A stretch of 28,989 nt of DNA, from IMG/VR virus record IMGVR_UViG_3300017909_000513, positions 1-28,989 of that record, one strand, 5' to 3'. Origin of the DNA: a virus. Taxonomy: Duplodnaviria; Caudoviricetes. The notes under the pieces are model-generated. The model made no database searches. It was not told where the DNA came from and saw only the letters and a list, made by a program, of their open reading frames with translations. How positions within the stretch are numbered: the stretch's first letter is position 1; every line of letters starts with the position of its first letter. Position numbers and translations under genes: made by a program. Positions 8,375-16,336 of the stretch are shown piece after piece.

Positions 8375-9117
8375 TGGCTTCTACTTACACAGACAATAAC
8401 GGCATAGAGAAGCCCGGATCTGGCGAACAAGCAGGCACTTGGGGTACGACCACCAATCTAAACTTTGATATTATTGACCGAGTTTTGAATGGCGTTGGAA
8501 CAATCACGCTGTCTGGAACCACGCACACTTTAACGACAAGTGACGGCTCGCTGTCCGACGGTCATTATAAAGTCTTGATTTTGGCTGGTTCACCGTCCGG
8601 CACAAACACGGTCACCATTAGTCCTAACGATCAAGATAAGCTGTATTTGATTAATAACACTACCAGCCAGAGTGTAATCTTCACACAAGGTTCTGGCGGC
8701 AACATCACCATTTTAGCAGGATCATCAGCTTGGATTTACGCCGATGGCGCAGGCTCTGGCGCACAAGTCCGCCAGTTGCCGTCGGACTTGGTAGGCGATA
8801 CATCTCCACAACTTGGTGGTAACCTTGATCTAAATTCAAACGACATCACCGGAACCGGAGATATTAATACTACAGGCACCCTTACAGTGTCGGGAGCAGT
8901 GTCTTCTGGAGCTATCAGCACAGGCGCAAATAACATAACTAGCACTGGCACTGTGCAAGGTGGTCAGTTTACGCTCGATAACTCATCTAACGATTGGACA
9001 TTTACTGTATCGTCAAACAAGTTGATCATTAGCTATTCTGGTACAGCCAAGATGGAACTTGATACCAGCGGCAACCTTAAAGTGACAGGCAACGTGACAG
9101 CGTATGGAACGATTTAA
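8374..9117 (+). CDS. Tail fibre protein
   Basis: Likely start ATG 8374 (AGGAGG at 8361-8366, TAATG overlap); N-term MASTY...GEQAGTWGTTTN anchor; DTSPQLGGNLD; C-term GNLKVTGNVTAY. Confidence 0.8.
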   Translation: MASTYTDNNGIEKPGSGEQAGTWGTTTNLNFDIIDRVLNGVGTITLSGTTHTLTTSDGSLSDGHYKVLILAGSPSGTNTVTISPNDQDKLYLINNTTSQSVIFTQGSGGNITILAGSSAWIYADGAGSGAQVRQLPSDLVGDTSPQLGGNLDLNSNDITGTGDINTTGTLTVSGAVSSGAISTGANNITSTGTVQGGQFTLDNSSNDWTFTVSSNKLIISYSGTAKMELDTSGNLKVTGNVTAYGTI

Positions 9118-10172
9118 TGGGCGCATTACCAAGCTCTGGAGCCATATCATTAAGTGACATCCGCGCAGAGTTTGTCGGCGGTAGCTCCTCAATATCTTTA
9201 CAAGATCTTCTAAAAGGCTCTGCTGGGGGCAACTCTATAGTTAGAGCCAAAGCCTCGAATAACGCAGGCACTGACCTAGCACCAAATGTTCCGTCTTCTG
9301 GTGCTATAACTTTAAGCAATTTCTATGGTGCTGAACGAGCATTTGCATATGTTTACTCATCAAGTGCAAACAATCAAAGCGCCAACAGTGACGTATTTGG
9401 TGACGATTATACCGGTGACTACAAAAAACGTATAACTGTCAATAATAGCGTAACAATTAGTACGACGGGGTTGCTTAACACTGCCTTGGATTACCCCTCA
9501 AATGCCGGTGGCGAACTCGAACTTATAAACAATGGCACCATCAATGCGAATGGGTCTAAAGGCGTAGACAACAACAGCAGCCTTACAATAACCCTAACAG
9601 GAAATGGCACCTTTACAGCGGGGTCCAGAGATGATTTCGTGTCGGCGTTGCAGAGCAACGGTTCGGTGCAGATAAATTATATTGGTGGCTTTGGTGGCGG
9701 ATCTGGTCCAAATATATGGCACTCTGATTATGGAGGCTCCGGTTTTAATTCCAAGCTGACTCGTAGCGGTAATTCATTTACATTGTCTTGGACCTACAAT
9801 GAGAATGACTACGCCAATCTTGGGGCTGGCAGCGTAGACATCACTTCTATATTTCCAATGAGCGGGAGTAACTACGATTACACAGTCACAAGCTCTCAAA
9901 ACAACAATAATCAAGTTTCTGCGTATGGCCGAGATACCCGCTCGGTAGCAGTTGGTAGAAAAGTTGTTAGCGGAGTCATGTACTACTGGTTTGGATCAAA
10001 CAATAAAACGACTACTATGGATGTCGGCAATGACCGGTATATTCAGTATGGGCATACTCAAACAACGCTGACCACAAGTAACTCTCAACGTAGTAGTGTA
10101 ATCCAATCGGTAAGCGGCACTCGTCGTGAGGGAAATTTTGACACCTCTGGTTTTTCAGGGACGGATAACTGA
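9117..10172 (+). CDS. Fibre-tip adhesin / receptor-recognition protein (gp38-like attachment domain)
   Basis: N-term LPSSGAISLSDIRAEF...VPSSGAITLSNFYG typical of adhesins encoded directly after fibre genes. Confidence 0.65.
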   Translation: MGALPSSGAISLSDIRAEFVGGSSSISLQDLLKGSAGGNSIVRAKASNNAGTDLAPNVPSSGAITLSNFYGAERAFAYVYSSSANNQSANSDVFGDDYTGDYKKRITVNNSVTISTTGLLNTALDYPSNAGGELELINNGTINANGSKGVDNNSSLTITLTGNGTFTAGSRDDFVSALQSNGSVQINYIGGFGGGSGPNIWHSDYGGSGFNSKLTRSGNSFTLSWTYNENDYANLGAGSVDITSIFPMSGSNYDYTVTSSQNNNNQVSAYGRDTRSVAVGRKVVSGVMYYWFGSNNKTTTMDVGNDRYIQYGHTQTTLTTSNSQRSSVIQSVSGTRREGNFDTSGFSGTDN

Positions 10173-12307
10173 TGCCTTTAACTAAACTTCAATTTAGACC
10201 CGGCATCAATCAAGAACTCACTTCGTATTCTAACGAAGGCGGTTGGCGCGACTGTGACAAAATCCGTTTTCGGATGGGTTATCCAGAAAAGCTAGGCGGT
10301 TGGGAAAAATTATCGTCATCAACGTATCTTGGCTCTGCACGGGCGCTGCATAATTGGATTGCGCTCGACGGCTCGAATTATCTTGGCGTTGGCACGCACC
10401 TCAAATATTACATAGAAGAAGGTGGCGCATTTAATGATATTACGCCCCTCCGTGTAACCACTAGCGCGGGGGATGTAACCTTTGCAGCCACCAACGGCAG
10501 CACCACGATCACTGTCACGGACACATCACACGGCGCTGTCGAAGGAGACTTTGTTACGTTTTCTAATTCAACTTCTCTCGGGGGTGTTATTACAAGCACC
10601 GTTCTTGATCAAGAGTATCAGATTGTTAGCATTATAAATGCCAACAGCTATACGATCACTTCTAGTGTGGCGGCTAACTCTTCCGACACAGGAGATGGCG
10701 GCTCAACCATAGGCGCATACCAAATCAATGTTGGCCTTGATTCAACGGTTGGCGGTACGGGCTGGGGCGCAGGTCTATATGGCGGTGTGGCGGCAGGCGC
10801 ACTAGAGACAACGATCAACGAAGGCGGCACGTTTTCTGCTTCTGATACGACGCTTACGGTGGCCGATGGTACAGGCATTGCTACTAATGACCTGATATTG
10901 ATTGACAACGAGATACTGAAGGTCACTAACGTAGCCACTAACGACCTTACAGTGACTCGCGCTCAGTCCGGCACAGAAGCATCAACACATGCCAATCTAG
11001 CCACCGTGACCCTAATATCTGGCAATGCTAGTGCAGCTAACGATTATTTTGGCTGGGGCGATGCGGCATCTGGTGGTTTGACGACTACGACACAGATTCG
11101 TCTGTGGTCACACGACAACTTCGGTGAAGATCTGCTGATCAATGCACGAGATAGCAACGTCTACTATTGGGACAGATCTACAAATTTGTCTAGTCGAGCG
11201 GTAGAGCTTAGCGCATTTGGCGGAAGTAGTTCTCGTAGCGTGCCAACAAAGGCAAAGCAAATACTAGTATCCGATCAAGACCGCCATGTCATTGCTTTCG
11301 GCTGTGACGGAATTGGCGGCGCTTCAGATCTTCAGGGTGATGGTGTGCAAGACCCGTTGCTTATAAGATTTTCTAGTCAAGAAGATCCAACATTATGGTA
11401 TCCGGCCATAACAAATACGGCTGGTGATTTAAAGCTGGGGTCTGGATCTACTTTTATGCAAGCGGTAGAAACAAAGCGTGAAATACTGGTGTGGACGGAT
11501 ACCGCATTAAATTCCATGCGGTTTATTGGCCCTCCTTTTACTTTCGGCATACAGCAACTTGCATCAAATATAACAATAATGAGTTCTCAAGCGGCGGTTG
11601 CTACTGAGGACTTTGTATATTGGATGGGCATAGATAATTTCTATGTTTATGCCGGTCAAACCCAGCAACTGCCTTGCTCTGTTAAAGAAAAAGTATTTTT
11701 AGATTTTAATTTTGAACAATCTGAAAAAGTGATTGCTGGCGTCAACTCTGAATTTTCTGAAGTGTTTTGGTTTTATCCATCTGCAAATAGTTCGGATAAT
11801 GATAAATATGTTGTTTACAACTACGGACAAAAAATCTGGTATTTTGGTTCTTTAAGCAGAACGGCATGGTTGGACCGTGGGGTGCGCTCTTTGCCTATGG
11901 CTGCTGGATCAGCTTATATATACAACCATGAAATTGGCTATGATGATGATGGCTCTGCCATGAACTCATTCATAGAATCCTCAGTTATCGACATTGCCGA
12001 TGGTGACAGGCTTGTTTATCTAAACAGAGTTATACCGGACATGTCATTTAACGGCTCAACAAATCTTAGTAGCCCACAAGCTACGTTTACGGTAAAAACT
12101 AGAAACTTTCCGGGGGCAGATTTTAACGACTCGCCTTCAGGAGATGCTATTCGTACAGCGTCATCTCCCGTGGAGACTTATACAAATCAATTGTTTTTGC
12201 GCGCTCGTGGCCGCTCTTTTGCTTTACGAGTAGAGTCTTCAGCCTTGGGTGCAAAATGGAAGTTAGGCAGTCCTCGTATTGACATACGACCTGATGGGAG
12301 GCGTTAA
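10172..12307 (+). CDS. Tail nozzle / stabilisation protein (tubular protein B, P22 gp10-like)
   Basis: 711 aa; MPLTKLQFRPGI..., LWSHDNFGEDL, LLIRFSSQE, WFYPS, DIRPDGRR; located before the ejection genes. Confidence 0.75.
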   Translation: MPLTKLQFRPGINQELTSYSNEGGWRDCDKIRFRMGYPEKLGGWEKLSSSTYLGSARALHNWIALDGSNYLGVGTHLKYYIEEGGAFNDITPLRVTTSAGDVTFAATNGSTTITVTDTSHGAVEGDFVTFSNSTSLGGVITSTVLDQEYQIVSIINANSYTITSSVAANSSDTGDGGSTIGAYQINVGLDSTVGGTGWGAGLYGGVAAGALETTINEGGTFSASDTTLTVADGTGIATNDLILIDNEILKVTNVATNDLTVTRAQSGTEASTHANLATVTLISGNASAANDYFGWGDAASGGLTTTTQIRLWSHDNFGEDLLINARDSNVYYWDRSTNLSSRAVELSAFGGSSSRSVPTKAKQILVSDQDRHVIAFGCDGIGGASDLQGDGVQDPLLIRFSSQEDPTLWYPAITNTAGDLKLGSGSTFMQAVETKREILVWTDTALNSMRFIGPPFTFGIQQLASNITIMSSQAAVATEDFVYWMGIDNFYVYAGQTQQLPCSVKEKVFLDFNFEQSEKVIAGVNSEFSEVFWFYPSANSSDNDKYVVYNYGQKIWYFGSLSRTAWLDRGVRSLPMAAGSAYIYNHEIGYDDDGSAMNSFIESSVIDIADGDRLVYLNRVIPDMSFNGSTNLSSPQATFTVKTRNFPGADFNDSPSGDAIRTASSPVETYTNQLFLRARGRSFALRVESSALGAKWKLGSPRIDIRPDGRR

Positions 12308-12537
12308 TGGCTTCAAATGAGGTAGCTCCTCCTAGATTGCCAGAAGCTCCTAGTGAGTACACGCAGCAGTATATGTCTGATTTAATTCGTGCTTTAGAGT
12401 TATTTATTGCTCAAGAGCGCAACCCCGGACAATTACGTGGCACTAAAATTACCTTAACTGACTTGCCCACAAGCTCTTCCGGCTTAGAGACAGGTGCTTT
12501 GTTCAATGACAGCGGAACAGTGAAAATCGTGACATAA
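12307..12537 (+). CDS. Small tail-associated protein
   Basis: 76 aa; TAATG overlap; PRLPEAPSEY...LPTS.SGL..G.LFND pattern. Confidence 0.7.
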   Translation: MASNEVAPPRLPEAPSEYTQQYMSDLIRALELFIAQERNPGQLRGTKITLTDLPTSSSGLETGALFNDSGTVKIVT

Positions 12538-12556
12538 CGTAGTTTTTGCGTATAAT
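12529..12556 (+). promoter_or_regulatory. Putative sigma70 promoter upstream of the ejection-protein genes
   Basis: GTGACA (12529-34), 16-nt spacer, TATAAT (12551-56). Confidence 0.5.
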
Positions 12557-12581
12557 TGTTCTGTTTACTAAGGGTTGACCG

Positions 12582-13406
12582 ATGAAGTTAAGCGATATTT
12601 TAAAAGTAGCGGCTCCAGTTGTACTTGGCCCGGCAGTTGGCGGAATGTTTCCGGGCAACCCAATACTAAGCTCTGCTTTGGCTTCTGGTATTGGTTCGAT
12701 TGCATTTGGTCAGAAGCCCAAAGATGCCCTCAGATCAGCGGTTCTTGGTGGTCTTGGTGGCGCTATGTTTGGTGGACCGCAACAAGCGGCACAAGCAACT
12801 CCTGCTGTAAATGCAGCCGCAGCAGTGTCAAGAGATCCATACGCTATAGGCGATAAAATTGGCAGAGTGCGGGAGGGTGCCGGTAGCACTGCTGGAAGTG
12901 GGGGCGGTATCGCGTCTGTAATTGGGCGTGGCAATGCCCCCGGCGCAAAAGCAAAGACCATGAGTGGTGAGCTTTTGAAAAGTTTAGAGTTTGCTGGCGA
13001 TCAAGATGAGGGCAACCTCTTGTTTCGCTTGCTGAACACTAATCTTGGCGAAGGTTTAGCCGCTGGCTTGATAGCGCAACTTCTTGCTGGTGGTGACGAG
13101 GAAGATGGCCCAGCGCCCGGATCATATGAGCGTCGTCCATTTGGTGCTGGCGGCCCCGGAGGACAAATTGGTGGCATTCAATATGCCAAGGGTGGACTAG
13201 CTGAGATACCTGATTTTTATCCTAGACGCACTGGTGGCATAGATCCCAGTGAGGGTTCGGGAAAAAAAGATGATGTCCCGGCCCTTTTGATGGCCGGTGA
13301 ATTTGTCATGACTCGTGATGCCGTTAAGGGCGCTGGTGGAGGGAGTTTGGACAAAGGCATAGATAATATGTACACCATGATGGATCAGTTCGAGAGGATG
13401 GCGTGA
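12582..13406 (+). CDS. Putative internal virion / DNA ejection protein
   Basis: Gly/Ala-rich hydrophobic N-term; C-term YAKGG...GSGKKDDVPALLMAGEFVM motif as seen in tape-measure/ejection proteins. Confidence 0.65.
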   Translation: MKLSDILKVAAPVVLGPAVGGMFPGNPILSSALASGIGSIAFGQKPKDALRSAVLGGLGGAMFGGPQQAAQATPAVNAAAAVSRDPYAIGDKIGRVREGAGSTAGSGGGIASVIGRGNAPGAKAKTMSGELLKSLEFAGDQDEGNLLFRLLNTNLGEGLAAGLIAQLLAGGDEEDGPAPGSYERRPFGAGGPGGQIGGIQYAKGGLAEIPDFYPRRTGGIDPSEGSGKKDDVPALLMAGEFVMTRDAVKGAGGGSLDKGIDNMYTMMDQFERMA

Positions 13407-14305
13407 TGGCAGTTCAAACTGTAGAACAAGTACAACGTTTAGCGCCCTACCTTGAGGGATTAGAAAAGCGGCTTTTACAGTCTGCATTTGGAACGTTTGA
13501 CGGGGAAACGCAAACTAGCCCCGGATTGTTAGATAGAGGAATTAATCTTCCGCAGTTTCAAATTGCTGGGTTAGATCCGCTTCAGCAACAGGCTCTTGCT
13601 CTTGCCCCACAAATGTTCGGTTCTTTTGCTCCATTTGTAAGGGGTGCTGGGCAAACTGCTGGCGCTGGCACTGCTGCTCTCTCTGGCGGATTAGGAATGC
13701 TGGCAGACCCAACGCGCTCTGTCGGCATGTTCATGAATCCTTATGAAGACATTGTAATTGATGAGATTAATCGTCAAGCAGCCAGAGGGCAGCAGAATAT
13801 AGCTGCGCAAGCTGCAAAAGCAGGGGCATTTGGCGGATCTCGTTTTGGATTACAGGCTGGAGAAGCTGAAGGGCGTAGACTTGCTGCCATAGGCGAGGCT
13901 CGACGTAGAGGCTTCGACACGGCCCTTAACGCCTCTCAAAGAGCCGCACAGCTTATGGGCGGTCTTGGGCAGGCATTTGGCTCACTGGCTGGCACAACGG
14001 CTGACATTGGTCGTGTAGGATCTGAACTTGGTCGTGCAGACCTTGGCATGCTTACAGATCTTGGGCAGATAGGCCGCAACTTTCAGCAACAACAGTTGGA
14101 AGCGCAAAGACAAAATCTTCTTCAACAATCACAAGAGCCGTTTACACGCTTACAGCTTGGTCAACAGCTTCTTAAAGGACTGCCTAGCGGTGATCTATCG
14201 TCTACGTTTAAGTCTACGACGACGCCCGATACTAATCCGTTTTTAGCAGGGATTGGCACCTATGCTGCTCTACAAGGCATTCAATCTGGCGCACAGTCAC
14301 AGTAG
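13406..14305 (+). CDS. Putative DNA ejection (pilot) protein
   Basis: Gln/Ala-rich; APYL, MNPY and GAFGGSR motifs characteristic of podoviral pilot proteins; TGATG overlap. Confidence 0.7.
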   Translation: MAVQTVEQVQRLAPYLEGLEKRLLQSAFGTFDGETQTSPGLLDRGINLPQFQIAGLDPLQQQALALAPQMFGSFAPFVRGAGQTAGAGTAALSGGLGMLADPTRSVGMFMNPYEDIVIDEINRQAARGQQNIAAQAAKAGAFGGSRFGLQAGEAEGRRLAAIGEARRRGFDTALNASQRAAQLMGGLGQAFGSLAGTTADIGRVGSELGRADLGMLTDLGQIGRNFQQQQLEAQRQNLLQQSQEPFTRLQLGQQLLKGLPSGDLSSTFKSTTTPDTNPFLAGIGTYAALQGIQSGAQSQ

Positions 14306-14314
14306 GAGCGCATA

Positions 14315-16327
14315 ATGGCACAACGCTCTAGCCCTATTCTTCCTATCACCAGCGGAATTGGTGCTGTATCGCCTGTCAACGTAGGCGGACCCGGCAGTGC
14401 TGAAGAGGCGTTTCGCAATGAGCAAGGTCTTTTGCAAAGGCTGTTTTCTGGTCTTGGCGGTGGCGGCAATCGCGCTCCATCTTTATCTGACATAAGTGGC
14501 GGTTATTATGCAGATCAACGTGGTGCTGGGTCTGCCATTCCTTCTGCAACAAGTCCTGCAATGAGTCCTTCAGAGTTGGATGATTTTGCTGGTTTGTCTA
14601 TTGCAGGTGCGTTAGGGCCAAGTTCTGTCCCAACTCCATCCGAAATTCTTTCATCTTTATTCAGAGCGGGACCGGCGGCTAGACCTCAAGCTAATGTTCG
14701 TCAGCCTGATGATTTGGTAGAGACGATACCCTCACCGTTTGACGATTTATCCGGGTTTAATATTGACCCTAGAGGTAGTGTGGGTGGTACCTTATTTGGT
14801 GACCCGGTTGAAACAACACCGGCACAGGCTCAAGAAACGGCTGGCATTCTTACCAAACTCATTCAGGATTCTGCAACTCGCGGAGGGGCTGAGACTGCTG
14901 CCACAGACGGCAAAGAATCTAGTACAACTGATGAGCGGCAAGGCCCAACAACTTCTGATCCGTATGCGATTCAGGACAAAATTGGTCAATCCACTGGGCT
15001 TGGAGAAACGCAAACCACTGAAACGCAAACCACTGAAAGCAACATCTATTCAGATTTAATGAAGACATCTACTAACAGCGTTCTTGAAGCTTTGGGAAAG
15101 GCCCCTGAAGGCGCAAAGAGCATTGATGATTACAAGAAAATTTTCTCTGACGCTACTGGCATTGATATTTCAGGTCAGCCCGACAACTCAGCAGCCCTAA
15201 CAGCTTTTGGCCTTGCTCTTATGCAAAACAAGGCCGGTAAGGGTTTCAATGTAGGCAAGATACTCAGTGAGACAGGGGCCGCTGGTGAAAAGGCTCTGCC
15301 ACTTATGGTTCAAGCCAAAAAGGATGCAAAGGCATCTCAGCTTGCCGCTGGACAGTTTGCTCTTACGCAACAGAGTAAAGACGCTGCGACGCGAACAGCC
15401 TTTATCACTGATCAAGTTAATTACCTGCGTGATCGTCGTGACAAAATTAATGACGACATGGTTGCTCGTATCAATGCGACCGAGGACATCCGTCTAAAGG
15501 CTAAATTAAAGGCCGAAGGTGATTATCAGAATCACTTGTACAACCGTCAGATAAAGCTGCTTGAATTAAATAATAAAGCAGCGAAAGGTCAGTTTAAGAC
15601 AGGTGACAAAACCACCTTTAAGCCGATTACTGGTATGGATAACCTAACCTTGACGATGGGTGTTCGTGAATCTGATGGTCAGCCTGTTTTCAAATTCCCT
15701 GCCGAAGAAGCCGCTCGTTTTGGTGTAGCTCTGGCAGATGTCAATGATGGCCTTCGTTCACTAGATGATATGTCGGCGCTAATTAGCAATGTTGCAAATC
15801 AGCCCGGAGGTGTTACAGGGCAAAAAGCAATAGAGGTTTTGAATGGTTGGTCAAGGAGCTTAGGATTCGACAACATCTATTACGACCCTGATGCCAAAAC
15901 AGCGACACCTCTGGCTGATGCAGACGCAATTAAGAAAAGGGTCATTGCTCAGTACAAACGTTTTCTTTCGCAAGAAACTGGCAATGGCATTTCAGAAGGT
16001 GACGTTACAAGGCTCGAAAATGCTTTGGGCGATGTTAACTGGTTTGCTAATCCAGATGTCGCTCTGCAAAGAATCGAAGAGACTAGAGCAATATTTATGG
16101 GCAGAAAGAGTCAGCTTGTAAGTGAGATCGAAAGTTTCGATGATAGGGATCTTTATCTTTCAGAGAAGCAGTATGAAAAAACAATGCGCGGTTTGGCTGG
16201 CGATATTGATGCTGCCTACTACTATGACAAGAGTGGCGGAAGCGGAAGATCAGCTATGATGTCAGAGATATTTGATATCACTGAAGATGCAGATGGAATG
16301 CAGACATACCGCCTGAAAAGCTCATAA
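14315..16327 (+). CDS. Putative internal virion / ejection protein
   Basis: 670 aa; low-complexity Pro/Ser/Thr N-terminal part, helical remainder; SD AGGAG; position in the cluster. Confidence 0.6.
   Translation: MAQRSSPILPITSGIGAVSPVNVGGPGSAEEAFRNEQGLLQRLFSGLGGGGNRAPSLSDISGGYYADQRGAGSAIPSATSPAMSPSELDDFAGLSIAGALGPSSVPTPSEILSSLFRAGPAARPQANVRQPDDLVETIPSPFDDLSGFNIDPRGSVGGTLFGDPVETTPAQAQETAGILTKLIQDSATRGGAETAATDGKESSTTDERQGPTTSDPYAIQDKIGQSTGLGETQTTETQTTESNIYSDLMKTSTNSVLEALGKAPEGAKSIDDYKKIFSDATGIDISGQPDNSAALTAFGLALMQNKAGKGFNVGKILSETGAAGEKALPLMVQAKKDAKASQLAAGQFALTQQSKDAATRTAFITDQVNYLRDRRDKINDDMVARINATEDIRLKAKLKAEGDYQNHLYNRQIKLLELNNKAAKGQFKTGDKTTFKPITGMDNLTLTMGVRESDGQPVFKFPAEEAARFGVALADVNDGLRSLDDMSALISNVANQPGGVTGQKAIEVLNGWSRSLGFDNIYYDPDAKTATPLADADAIKKRVIAQYKRFLSQETGNGISEGDVTRLENALGDVNWFANPDVALQRIEETRAIFMGRKSQLVSEIESFDDRDLYLSEKQYEKTMRGLAGDIDAAYYYDKSGGSGRSAMMSEIFDITEDADGMQTYRLKSS
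15005..15038 (+). repeat. Perfect 15-bp tandem repeat GAAACGCAAACCACT x2 (ETQTT)
   Basis: Directly visible; in frame. Confidence 0.9.
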
Positions 16328-16336
16328 GGATTCGCT

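Noticed and set aside
4393-10172. Diversity-generating retroelement acting on fibre genes
   Set aside because: No reverse transcriptase and no template/variable repeat pair differing at adenines was seen.
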